Below are positions 40,102 to 52,585 of a DNA stretch of 64,000 nucleotides, piece after piece. Origin of the DNA: Okamejei kenojei. Taxonomy: Eukaryota. The first letter of the stretch is position 1, and each line of letters begins with the position of its first letter. Where the stretch lies: assembly GCA_035221665.1 (NCBI GenBank), contig CM069131.1, positions 141,112,001-141,176,000 on the forward strand, in the 5' to 3' direction. The notes beneath the pieces are model-generated. The model ran no database searches. It was not told where the DNA came from and saw only the letters and a list, made by a program, of their open reading frames with translations. Position numbers and translations under genes: made by a program.

Positions 40102-40864
40102 GATCTGCGAGCGGTAACCGTGGGCCCGCGCGTTACGCTCCTACTACGGACACTTTTCTTTTCTATATGCTCCATACCTCCAACTCCCGTTGGCTCCCGA
40201 GCCAGACTCACGGAGTTTAAATACTCTCAGGAAAAGTTTTAAAATGGACTTACCTGCGGGTTTACTACGTACCGCTGGAGGAGCTGCGCTCTCCAGCCCA
40301 TCAGTGCACCATGCGTTGGACGTAATGACACGCATGCGTCTGGCGGGGTTTCTTCACGTAGTCACTCACGTGACTCCGAAGTAAAATCAAAGAGCTATGT
40401 AACACAGAATCAGGCCCTGTCCACACTGATCTAATTGACGTACTGTGCAATATCTGTCTAAATGTCTTTTAAAAAGCAATAATTGTATTCACGTCCTCTA
40501 TAACTTCCTGACCTGCAGTATTGCTCTAGCACCGACTGTTTTTTTCTCTATAGCTTCCATAAGTTGGCGTAGTGTCTGATTCACCTCTAACCCATTGCGG
40601 ACATTGGACATTGTCTATCATACTACAGCACTGCAATGCTGAGCACTAAATTATGCTCCATATCTTTTTCTTTGCTCTACTTATCGTACTTGAGTTTGAT
40701 GTAGTATTATCTGAACTGATTCAATAGAATGCAAAACAAACCTTTTCACTGTACCTCAGTACACATGACAACAATAAACCTAAGCCTAAACATTTTCACT
40801 CAGATGGTACTCCGTATGAGGAATAAACTGCCAGAGGAACCTATGGAAAAAGATAGGACTGAGG

Positions 40865-42625
40865 CATAAGGAACGGTAAAATTCTGCACGGACAACGTCA
40901 CTACCCACAAAGAGATAAAGACCTACCCTAACCAGAAGCCGTGGATGAGCAGGGAGGTCAGACTCCTGCTGAAGGCTCGCGACGCCACTTTTAAATCTGG
41001 CGACGCTGAGGGATACAGCTCATCCAGGGGCCAATCTGAAAAAGGGAATTAGGAATGCTAATGACCGGGACAACAAAACTCCAGCCATCAAAGTTGCCCC
41101 ACCCCCGCATGAACAACCCCTCAGTCTCTCCACCTCTGCTGTACAAGATGCACTGAGCAAGGTGAATGAGCACAAAGCTGCCGGCCCTGATGGCATCCCC
41201 GGGCGGGTGCTCAGGGCATGTGCTGGACAAATATCCCTGGTCCTCACTGACATTTTCAATCTGTCACTGGCCCAGGGTGTCGCCCCCATTTGTCTCAAGA
41301 CATCTGCCAGTGCCCAAACAATCAACGACAGGGAGTCTCAACAATTTCCGGCCAGTGGCACTCACCCCTGTCATAGCCAAGTGCTTCGAGCGTCTGATCT
41401 TGGCTCACCTCAAAGCCAGCCTGCCCCCACACTGGACCCCCATCAGTTTGCCTACCGGACCAATAGGTCTACAGAGGACGCCATATCGGCGGCCCTACAC
41501 TCTGCCCTGACCCACCTGGACAGCAATAACACCTACATCAGGTTGCTGTTCATTGACTTCAGCTCCGCCTTTAACACTGTCATACCCGCTAGCTTGATCA
41601 CCAAACTCAGCGGTCTTGGCATCTCCACTTCCCTCTGCAATTGGACACTGGATTTCCTCACTAACAGACCACAGTCTGTTAGGGTCAACAACCTCACCTC
41701 CTCCACTATAACACTGAACACTTGCGTACCGCAGGGCTGTGTGCTCAGTCCTCTCCTCTACTCCCTCTTCACCCATGACTGCATCTCTAAGTATGGCTCC
41801 AACGCCATCATAAAATTTGCCGACGACACCACGGTGGTAGGACTGATCAGCGATAACGACGAGTCAGCCTACAGGGAGGAGGTCCAGCACCTGACAACCT
41901 GGTGTGCCAATAATAACCTCGTCCTCAACTCCCAGAAGACGAAGGAAATCATTGTCGACTTCAGAAAGAACAGAGGGGGCAGGCACACCCCCATCCATAT
42001 AAACGAGGACTGAGGTGGAGCGGGTCTCCAACTACAAATTCCTCGGAGTACACATCTCGGAGGATCTGTCCTGGTCCCTCAACACCTCCAAGCTGATCAA
42101 AAAGGCACAGTAGCGCCTTTACTTCCTGAGGAGGCTCAAAAAACCCACCTGTCCCCCCCATATCCTGACCAACTTTTACCGCTGTACCATAGAAAGCATC
42201 CTGACCACCTGCTTTACGGTATGGTACAGCAGTTGCACCGTAGCAGGCAGGAAGGCACTACAACGGGTGGTGAAAACCGCCCAGTACATCATCGGTGCCC
42301 CACTCCCTGCCATTGATGCCCTCCACCGAAAACGGTATCTGAGACGGGCCGGGAAGATCATCAAGGACCCCTCCCACCCTAACTATGGACTGTTTGCCCT
42401 CCTACCATCGGGGAGGCAGTACAGGAGCCTCAGGTCCCGCACCAGCAGGATGAGGAGTAGCTTCTATAATAACACCACCACACTGCTGAACGCGGAGTCC
42501 CGCCGATATATTTCCACATCTGTATTTATCTATATATTGCTATCACTACGTACTGACACTAAACTGCATTTCGTTGTACCCATACTTGTATCTGTGCAAT
42601 GACATTAAAGTTGAATTGAATAGAA
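40865..42625 (+). mobile_element. Rex1/Babar-type LINE, 5'-truncated
   Basis: KAAGPDGIPGRVL..LDPHQFAYR..FIDFSSAFNT..PQGCVLSPLL..KFADDT; ends CAATGACATTAAAGTTGAATTGAAT. Confidence 0.92.
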
Positions 42626-42629
42626 TTAA

Positions 42630-42845
42630 AGGGCCTTTCCCACTTTCACGACCTTTTTTACTCGAGGACATTTTTCATCATGCTAGAAAAACGCCCCGAC
42701 CTACTTGATGCCACGAGTACCTACGACTAGCATCACGGCCTGCTACGAACCTACCTATGACCTTGTGACGACCATGCTGCTAGTATGAGTCAAGGGCAAA
42801 CTCGGCAGAGGTTGTGGATTAGGTCGTGAAAGTGGGACAGGCCCT
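42630..42845. mobile_element. PIF/Harbinger-type MITE
   Basis: 25-bp TIR AGGGCCT(T/G)TCCCACTTTCACGACCT (24/25 match); TAA on both flanks (42627-42629, 42846-42848). Confidence 0.9.
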
Positions 42846-44070
42846 TAACATTTGGGGTAAGGACGATTTTGAAAGCATTAGTCGGGAACTTGCAGAGGTC
42901 GTTTGGGAGAGTTTGTTTACAGGTAAGTGAACAGCAGTGGGAGGTTTTAAAAGTATTAGCAAGACTTCAAGGGAAACATATTCCTTTTTAGAGTGAAAGG
43001 CAGGACTTACAAGTTTTGGAAACCCTAATTGATAAGAGATGTTGAGACATTGGTCAGGAAAAAGGCATAATCAGATTTAGGCAATCCGGATGAAACAAAG
43101 CCCCCCTTGAGTACAAGAAGTGTAGGAGTATACTTAAACAGGCATACAGGAGGGCCAAAGGATATGAAATGGAGCTGGCTGGCTGGCTCCCAAAAGATGC
43201 TACAGATATATTTGGGATAAAAGAGTGGCTAGGGATAGAATAGGTCCCCTTAAAGATCAGCTTGGCCATCTTTGAGGGTTGGGGGCCAGATACTAAATTA
43301 ATAGTTCTCATCAGTTTTAAAAGCTAAGGAATTGAAGCATAGGAGTTGTGATATCTTAGATCAAATAGTAATAATGAAAGAGGAGATACTGGCAGTTTTA
43401 AAGCTTAGTAAGGTGGATTAATCCCCAGAGACTGACCAAGTACATTGTCAGACCTTGTGGGAAGCAATGGAAGAATTGCAGAAATCTTTTCAGAGATATT
43501 CTCATCATCTTTAGCTACATGTGAAGTTTCAGGGTGGAGGGTGTCTAATGGTAGCAAGGACAAGCCAGGGAACTAGAGGCTGGTGAGTGATGTTAGTGGT
43601 GGGAAGGTTGTTGGAGGTGATTATTAGGGACAGAATCGACGGGCAGACTGATTAGGGATAGCTAGCATGGTCATGTGTGTGGGGAATTATATCTCACAAA
43701 TCTGATATTATTGTTTGAAAAGGTCATCAAGAGGATTGATAGGGCATGGTAGTGGACGTTGTTTATATGGACTTAGTCAGGCCTTTGACAAGGTCCCACA
43801 TGGTAGGTTATTATGCATGGAATCTAAGGTGAGCTTGCAAATTGGATTGAAAATTTGTTTGGAATGTGTCAAAGGGTAGTTGTAAAGGATGTTTTTTTGG
43901 ATTGGGGTTCTGTCCTAGTGTCCTGCTGTAGGGGGTCAGTGCTGGATCCACCGTTTTCCTATCTCCATTAATGATTTGGATGACTTACCATTGCTAGTAA
44001 ATATGTAGATGGTACAAAATTGGTGATATATTGGACTGGGGGGAGAATATTTAAGGTTACAACAGATCTA

Positions 44071-47000
44071 AACCAACATGTGGAGGAACCAACGAGAGAG
44101 CAGGTTATTCTAAACTGGAAATTGAGTAATGAGGAAGGGTTAGTTAGCAGCCTTGTTGTATGTGGCCCCTTGGGCAAGAGTGACCATAATATGGTTGAGT
44201 TCTTCATTAGGATGGAGAGTGACATTGTTAATTCAGAAACACGGGTCCTGAACTTAAAGAAAGGTAACTTTGAGGGTATGAGACGTGAATTGGCCAAGAT
44301 CGACTGGCAATTGATTCTTGAAGGGTTGACGGTGGATATGCAATGGAAGGCATTTAAAGACTGCATGGATGAACTACAACAATTGTTCATCCCAGTATGG
44401 CAAAAAAATAAATCAGGGAAGGTGGCGCATCCATGGATAACGAGGGAAATCAGGGATAGTATCAAAGAAAAAGATGAAGCGTACAAATTAGCCAGAAAAA
44501 GCAGCCTACCAGAGGACTGGGAGAAATTCAGAGACCAACAGAGGAGGACAAAGGGCTTAATTAGGAAAGGGAAAATGGAGTATGAAAGAAAACTGGCAGG
44601 AAACATAAAAACTGACAGCAAAAGTTTTTATCGATTAGTTAAAACAAATGTAGGTCCCTTGCAGTCAGAAACGGGTGAATTGATCATGGGGAACAAGGAC
44701 ATGGCAGACCAATTGAATAACTACTTTGGTTCTGTCTTTACTAAGGAAGACATAAATAATTTGCCGGAAATAGCAGGGGATCGCGGGTCAAATGAGATGG
44801 AGGAAATGAGTGAAATCCAGGTTAGCCGGAAAGTGGTGTTAGGTAAATTGAATGGATTAAAGGCCGATAAATCCCCAGGGCCAGATAGGCTGCATCCCAG
44901 GGTACTTAAGGAAGTAGCCCCAGAAATAGCAGATGCCTTAGTGATAATTTTTCAAAACTCTTTAGATTCTGGAGTAGTTCCTGAGGATTGGAGGGTAGCT
45001 AATGTAACCCCACTTTTTAAAAAGGGAGGAAGAGAGAAAGCGGGGAATTACAGACCAGTTAGTCTAACATCGGTAGTGGGGAAACTGCTTGAGTCAGTTA
45101 TTAAAGATGGGATAGCAGCGCATTTGGAAAGTGGTGAAATCATTGGACAAAGTCAGCATGGATTTATGAAAGGTAAATCATGTTTGACGAATCTTATAGA
45201 ATTTTCAAGGATGTAACTAGTAGAGTGGATAAGGGAGAAGCAGTGGATGTGTTATATCTGGACTTTCAGAAGGCTTTCGACAAGGTCCCACACAAGAGAT
45301 TGGTATACAAACTTAAAGCACACGGTATTGGTGGTTCAGTATTGATGTGGATAGAGAACTGGCTGGCAGACAGGAAGCAAAGAGTAGGAGTGAACGGGTC
45401 CTTTTCAGGATGGCAGACAGTGACTAGTGGTGTGCCGCAAGGCTCAGTGCTGGGACCCCAGCTATTTACAATATACATTAATGATTTGGACGAGGGAATT
45501 AAATGCAACATCTCGAAGTTTGCGGATGACACGAAGCTGGGGGGCAGTGTTAGCTGTGAGGAGGATGCTAGGAGGCTGCAGGATGACTTGGATAGAGTGG
45601 GTGAGTGGGCAAATGCATGGCAGATGCAGTATAATGTGGATAAATGTGAGGTTATCCACTTTGGTGGCAAAAACAGGAAGGTAGACTATTATTTGAATGG
45701 TGACCGATTAGGAAAAGGGAAGATGCAGCGAGACCTGGGTGTCATGGTACACCAGTCATTGAAAGAAGACATGCAGGTGCAGCAGGCTGTGAAGAAAGCA
45801 AATGGTATGTTGGCATTCATAGCAAAAGGATTTGAGTACAAGAGCAGGGAGGTTCTACTGCAGTTGTACAGGGTCTTGGTGAGGCCACACCTGGAGTATT
45901 GCGTACAGTTTTGGTGTCCTAATCTGAGGAAAGACATTCTTGCCATAGAGGGAGTACAGAGAAGGATCACCAGACTGATTCCTGGGATGGCACGACTTCC
46001 ATATGAAGAAAGACTGAATAGACTCGGCTTGTACTCGCTGGAATTTAGAAGATTGAGGGGTGATCTCATAGAGACTTACAAAATTCTTAAGGGGTTGGAC
46101 AGGCTAGATGCAGGAAGATTGTTCCCGATGTTGGGGAAGTCCAGGACAAGGGGACACAGTTAACCATATAACCATATAACAATTACAGCACGGAAACAGG
46201 CCTTCTCGGCCCTTCCAGTCCGTGCCGACTATTTGTTTTCCCCTAGTCCCATCTACCTGCACTCAGGCCATACCCCTCCATTCCCTTCCCGTCCATATAC
46301 CTATCCACTTTACTTTTAAACGTCAAAATCGATCCTGCCTCCACCACTTCTGCAGGAAGCTCATTCCACACAGCCACCACCCTCTGAGTAAAGAAGTTCC
46401 CCCTCACGTTACCCCTAAACTTCCGTCCCTTAATTTGCATGTCATGCCCTCTTGTTTGAATCTTCCCTACCCTTAATGGGAAAAGCTTACCCACGTCAAC
46501 TCTGTCTATCCCTTTCATCATTTTAAAGACCTCAATCCAGTCCCCCCTTAACCTTCTGCGCTCCAAAGAATAACGACCTAACTTGTTCAACCTTTCTCTG
46601 TAACATAGTTGCTGGATCCCAGGCAACATTCTAGTAAATCTCCTCTGTATTCTCTCTATTTTGTTGACATCCTTCCTATAATTAGGCGACCAAAATTGTA
46701 CACCATACTCCAGAATTGGTCTCACCAATGCCTTGTACAATTTTAACATTACTTCCCTGCTCCTATATTCAATGCTCTGATTTATAAAGGCCAGCACACC
46801 AAAGGCTTTCTTTACCACCCCATCTACATGTGATTCCACCTTCAGGGAACTATGCACAGTTATTCCTAGATCTCTCTTTTCCACAACATTCCTCAATTCC
46901 CTACCATTTACCATGTACGTCCTATTTTGATTTGTCCTGCCAAGATGTAGCACTTCACACTTATCAGCATTAAACTCCATCTGCCATCTTTCAGCCCACT

Positions 47001-47628
47001 TTTCCATATGGCCCAAATCTCTCTGTAGACTTTGAAAATCTACTTCATTATCCACAACACCACCTATCTTAGTATCATCTGCATACTTACTTATCCAATT
47101 TTCCACCCCATCATCCAGATCGTTGATGTACATGACAAACAACAGTGGACCCAACACAGATCCTTGAGGCACCCCACTGGTCACCGGCTTCCAACCTGAC
47201 AAACAGCCATCCACCATTACTCTCTGACATCTCCCATTCAGCCACTGTTGAATCCATCTTGCTACTCTACCATTAACACCCAAAGATTGAACCTTCTTAA
47301 CCAACCTTCCACGGGGAACCTTGTCAAAGGCCCTACTGAAATCCATAAGGATAAGGGGGAAGTCTTTGAGGACCGAGATGAGAAAATCGTTTTTCACACA
47401 GAGAGTGGTGAATCTGTGGAATTCTCTGCCACAGAAGGTAGTTGAGGCCAGTTCGTTGGCCATATTTGAGGGAGTTGGATGTGGCCCTTGTGGCTGAAGG
47501 GATCAGGGGGTATGGAGAGAAGGCAGGTACAGGATACTGAGTTGGATGATCAGCCATGATCATATTGAATGGCGGTGCAGGCTCGAAGGGCCGAATGGCC
47601 TGCTCCTGCACCTAATTTCTATGTTTCT
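44071..47628 (+). mobile_element. Young CR1 LINE, 5'-truncated within the endonuclease domain
   Basis: ORFs 44020-45216 and 45180-46163 (SDHN; KSPGPD; NYRPVSLTS; [10 protein letters not shown]; FADD); one frameshift at ~45203; ATCTA TSD at 44066-44070 / 47629-47633. Confidence 0.95.
46161..47347 (-). mobile_element. Young CR1 LINE inserted antisense in another CR1
   Basis: Uninterrupted RT and C-terminal frame MDFSRAFDKVP..YADDTK..GRWD; (AACCATAT)n tail; host rejoins as CACAGTT/AAGGATAAGG. Confidence 0.95.
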
Positions 47629-48389
47629 ATCTAGATCAGTTGGGAAGGTGGACAAATGGCAAATGGAATTTAAATCTGACAAGTGTGAGGTGTTGTGCTT
47701 TGGTACGTTAAACCAGGGCAGGGATTATACAGTAAATGGTGAAGGTCTGGAGAGTGTTGTGGGGCAGGGAGTTATAGGAGTACAGGTGTATGGATCCTAA
47801 TAGTGGATAGTCTGTTGAAGATGACATTTGCTATACTTGGCTTAAGTGGGAAGAATATTGAGTATAAACATTGGGACGATGATGCAGCTGTACAAGTTGT
47901 TGGTGAGACTACACTTGGAGTACCATGTGCAGTTCTATTTGCACTCTATAAAAGGATGTCATTAAGTTGGAAAGAATGCAAAAGAAATTCCCCAGGACAA
48001 TATCTGTGTTTGTGGGCTTAGAGAGGTTGGATAGGCTGGAAAGTTATAGAAGCAGATTTAATTATGACTTTTGAAAGACATTGAGACAGAAATATGGATA
48101 GGAGGGGATCAGAGGGATATGGATCAAGAGTGGGCAAATGGTATTAGTCCAGCATGCCAACTTGGTCACCATGAATAAGGTGGGTTGAAGGGACTGTTTC
48201 TTGCTGTACTCTCTGCAATATGTGAATAGGCGTAATACAAATATTTGAACATATGCCTTTCTTAACAAACTTGCTTAATTGATTAGATAAATCTGGATTA
48301 ATGCTGACATCTGGTTAATGCTAACAACATCAGCTCAGTGTATTTGTTGGGTTTTCATATATTAATTGCTATTGGTGAGATGCAGAAAA

Positions 48390-51300
48390 CTTCTCATTTA
48401 TTGAAATTGCACTGAAGGTATTACATTTTATTTCACAGCATTGTGGTAAGAGATGACCAGTTAGCTTGCCTCGGGGTTCTTTCAAGAGATGCAGTAACTC
48501 TCTCATAATGTACAAAGGCAGATCAAGCCATTTAGAGAAAGATGACATTTCCAATACTGGTTGTTGGTTTCGATTAAGTTTCTTTATTTTCACACAATGA
48601 ATAACATATGAACAGATTACTTTTCAGTAAGTGCTCTATTGCTAACCTGATTTCGGCAGCAAAACAATGAGCTTCTTTCGGAAAAAAAGTTTTAAAAACC
48701 AACAACTATATGTAGAAGCATGACAATCAGCATGCCAAATACATAAGCGCCAATCAACAGCAGTTCATATCTATTCAATGTACAAAAATGCTTCATGAAT
48801 AAAAACTGTTACAAAAAACATTTCAAACAACAATGTACAAGTTTGCTCTATGTTTAATTAGAATACAAATATAATATTTGTCTAAAATATGTGTACATAC
48901 AGTCAAGTATAATAACATGCAAATACACTCTAAAAAAGGTTTAAAAACACTATGAATACAGACTAAAATAAGCCAGCACTATGTAAAAGGATCTTGTGCC
49001 CCACGTTTAAAGGTACATTTTTTGTAACTTCATTTGTAGTCTTATCAATTTTCGGCAAAAATTGCTCTTCTTCCTAAATAAAAACCAGAGTACAAACAAA
49101 ACACTGGGATTTGACTAGGACACCCGTGTAGAACATTTGGCAGTTCTTTCAATGTCTTTGTATTGTTTTAGTGTTGCAACCTTAGCAGGCTTTTCACTAG
49201 TTATGATACAATACATTATTTCACATCAGCACTATACTGTGCTATATCAGACCAAAAATTTACTGTACCTCCATGCTGATTAAATTCCGTAATGTTGTGA
49301 TCCATTTTAAACAATTATGTAATTGTCATTTTAATGGTTTTGCTTCTGTGACTCTTAAGTACCAAATTTTAAAGGCAAGTTAGAAGAACGGTCTCGACCA
49401 GAAACGTCGCCCATTCCTTCTCTCCAGAGATGCTGCCTGACCCGCTGAGTTGCTCCAGCATTTTGTGTCTACCTTTGATTTAAACCAACATCTGCAGTTC
49501 CTTCCTACACAGTTACTTTTAAACTTGTATATTGTAGAATATATGATTTTCCCCCACTCCCCCCCACCCCCTCCTCCCCCAACTTCAATCAGCCCCATTC
49601 CCAAACCCCAGATGCATTAACAACTGTTTGGCATCAAAATGATTTGTTAAACTTGATTGAAAAACAGTTAAAATGACAATTACACAGACAAGATGATTCA
49701 GACGGTTTGAACCCATGCAGGTCAAAGATGTGTAATTACATTATGTACAACAGGTTACTGTTTTGGACTGAATTAAGGCTGCCATGATATAAACATTTTG
49801 CCTAAATATAACTGCAGTCACAATTAATCGTTTTTAAAAATAATTGAAAATATGTTTTGGATTATCATCATAAGAACACTTAATTTCTTTTTGCATAAGG
49901 GAAAATTAAATACAGAAATTCAAAAGCTTAAGGTAACATGTTTTCATTGAATTTTCACAAAGGAAATAAAAAACACAATTACCAGGATACAAGATAACCA
50001 CTACTCTGGGGATAAAGTAAAACATCCAAGTCTTTGATATTAAGTATCTGATTATTTGCATACAATAGCTTGGGAAAAGGTGAGACCCCACTAACACTGT
50101 GAACTGGAACGTGGTTAAACAGGACATCCCTTTGCAGCAGAATGTTTTCTTCATCAGTGATTGACTTTGAAATGACAATTGATGGTTAGGGTATACCATT
50201 TGATAAGACAATTTCTACAATCTGACCGTCCCAATGTATATTCCACTGTGTTCGCTGGAGCAAGGGATGGTGACAATTTGTTATACATTTTAATGGAAAA
50301 TATTCAATATGTTCTTTGAGTATTTTAGATGTTTATTTTTAATGTGTTCAGAGGTGAGAGCTAATTTCATAGTAATACTGTGCACAAATCTGGGCCATTT
50401 CTCATAGTGTAAATGTTATAATTTTGGAGAACAGTCACATAAATATTGCATGAATAAGCTTGCTGTGAAACTTAGATAATCGCAGAAAATATATATTTAA
50501 TTTTTTTCGTTAACATCTATTTCCTTTGGAAAACTGTAAGGCCATACGATAGGGCACACAATGTTATATTTTAAATGATCTAGATTACAACGTCAATTCC
50601 TACCTTTACAGAAAGTCACTTGTGAACTTAATTGCTCAAAGATTTTCGGGACAAGTGCGAGTTGGAGATTCATTATTTCTTGGGGCGCGGGGATGGGGGA
50701 ACATGCAAATCTCTCTGTTTAAAGAATATTTTGATTCAATTTTTTTGAAAGCCTCTCATGATATTGCTTCTCAAAGGAAATGCCCAGTGATAAGTGTAGG
50801 TGAAAATAGGAAATACAGCAAACCCCTTGAGAAGTTCAGGCTGAATATATTGTGTGCTACGGAACTCTTTCAGATCCATTATTTCTGATTAATGTCACTT
50901 TCTGACATGGTTGTCCATTGAGGGGGAAACATTTATTTTCAATACATAAAATAAACCAGGGATATTATTGATTGAAAATTTCTCTATGACTTTTGTTTCT
51001 GCTGAGTTTACAAGAGCATATGTTGAACTGAAGCAAAGTGCTTTACATGGATAACACTTTTGCATTTAAGGCTCTGTGAGTACAGTATTGCCTGAATGTC
51101 GGCAAGAATATTTTAAAATTTCTTTCTTTCTTATTTTATCAACTACCATATATTGATTATAAATCCAGTATATAAGAAACACTGTTGCAAGCGTAATGCT
51201 ATTTCTGCCTGCCTTCCCAAGGAACATTTCAATAATACATTCTTCTAAAAGGCTGCCAAAAGTACTTGCACTAGCTTACCCTTTTATACGCCATTACATG

Positions 51301-51578
51301 TTGCTCACTTCGCAAATAATGGGTCCATGGATAGAGCGCAGTTAACAGGGAGAAGGAATGTTTGTACAAAATTGTGAAACTTAATTGACATGTCGAAATA
51401 CCAGATATTGACAGGAGTGTCTGGTACTTGCAAAGAATGCAGTGAATGCTGGAATGAGGCCATCCCTTTTATATGGTGGATTGCATGAGAAAATGGTTAT
51501 CATTTTTTAATTTTCCAACATCTGAATCTTAGTCATTCCCTTCTCATTCACCAAGTAATATTAAAGTGCAGGAAGGTT
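48390..51578 (-). other. SETBP1: Probable SETBP1 3' UTR
   Basis: Directly follows the stop codon; AT-rich and almost free of TEs; minus-strand AATAAA candidates at 48583-48588 and 48397-48402. The true end is inferred. Confidence 0.55.
49383..49510 (+). mobile_element. Short PLE terminal unit in the putative 3' UTR (antisense to SETBP1)
   Basis: GAAGAACGGTCTCGACCAGAAACGTC..CAGTTCCTTCCTACAC; AGTTA direct repeat at 49378-49382 / 49511-49515. Confidence 0.8.
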
Positions 51579-52147
51579 TCAGTGACTGGTGGCTGTTGAT
51601 TGGTAGCTGGTGGCAGATATATTCAAGCTGTTGTACCTTTTAGAATTTGTGGTGATTGCCTCTTTTTCAGTTTCTTTGGACTTCCTATGTCTCTTCACAT
51701 TTTGTCCACTTTCCTCTTTCTGCTTTCTCTTGGTGCCTTTATCTGACTTAGGCTTTTGTTGCTGTACCATGCATATTACAGCTTCAATTGTGTCCATGAT
51801 TGTGTCCTGACTGGCTGTAGCCAGCATTTCAGGAGCTAAATTGTATCTCAAGCCTCGTTTACTTGGAAGATCCACACACTTCTCCAATACTGGCATCTGG
51901 TCTGTTAAGTCATCATCCAGTGGCAAAGGGTGCTTCCTCGGACGGCCTCTCCTCTTTTTCACTATATTATTGCCAGTCTTTGACTGTCTTTGCAGTCTTT
52001 TGGCTTTCAGGATCTTGTTGACATGGTCCAAGTTCTTTTTTGTTGCAAGAATTTTGTCATAATTGCACATCTTCCTGACTTCACACTGAATAGCTTCAAT
52101 TTCCCTTCTCTTCAGCTTTCTTCTCGGTGAAGAAGTAGGACTTTTAA
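51579..52147 (-). CDS. SETBP1: SET-binding protein 1, last coding exon
   Basis: [53 protein letters not shown] (AT-hook)..[28 protein letters not shown] matches vertebrate SETBP1 as recalled. Acceptor CTCCATTTAG ends at 52148, phase 1; TGA at 51579-51581. Confidence 0.95.
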
Positions 52148-52585
52148 CTAAATGGAGGGAAGCACAAGTAATTATTATACTCACCAAAAGGGTATGATCA
52201 CTTTATTACCAGTATGGAATTATACATTGTTCATTGCCACACTGGTGTTAAAATGGATAAATGATGCATTATAAGTTGCAGACAACTTATTATTTAAAGT
52301 ACCAAAAGGACCATGGTTGAAGCTCAGCCATACAACCTGCTCAGGAAATAGTACAGTTTCCATCAACTTACCTGTTGATCTCTGAAATGCCATGGTCTCA
52401 AATTATTTTTAATGTCTCCTCCAAAACAAGGACAGAAAAAACAATGGTCTTAATGAAAACAATTTCAAGAAGGATGTGGGGGGTTAAAGTATTGGTTAGC
52501 TCTCTATTCGCATTGAAATAATTGCATTGAATAGGAGGGTGTTTATAATCATAATTGTTAAGAAATCCCACATCCCAGAAATCCC

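Larger units (their letters stand above)
35505..40386 (-). mobile_element. DIRS1-type tyrosine-recombinase retrotransposon, full length, inactivated
   Basis: Order gag - RT - RNase H - MT - YR; short ITRs 40325-40359 / 35579-35613; ICR 35726-35838 complementary to both termini; no TSD. Confidence 0.95.
42850..48215 (+). mobile_element. Old CR1 (42850-44070 and 47629-48215), host of nested younger CR1s
   Basis: Degenerate ORF2 that rejoins as ..CAACAGATCTA/GATCAGTTGGG across the insertion. Confidence 0.78.

Noticed and set aside
46243-47463. 406-aa minus-strand ORF as a complete gene
   Set aside because: Chimeric: the first ~39 codons are antisense sequence of the host CR1 running into a 5'-truncated inner CR1 RT.
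52148-52187. N-terminal [13 protein letters not shown] of the 202-aa ORF
   Set aside because: Intronic read-through upstream of the AG acceptor at 52149-52148.
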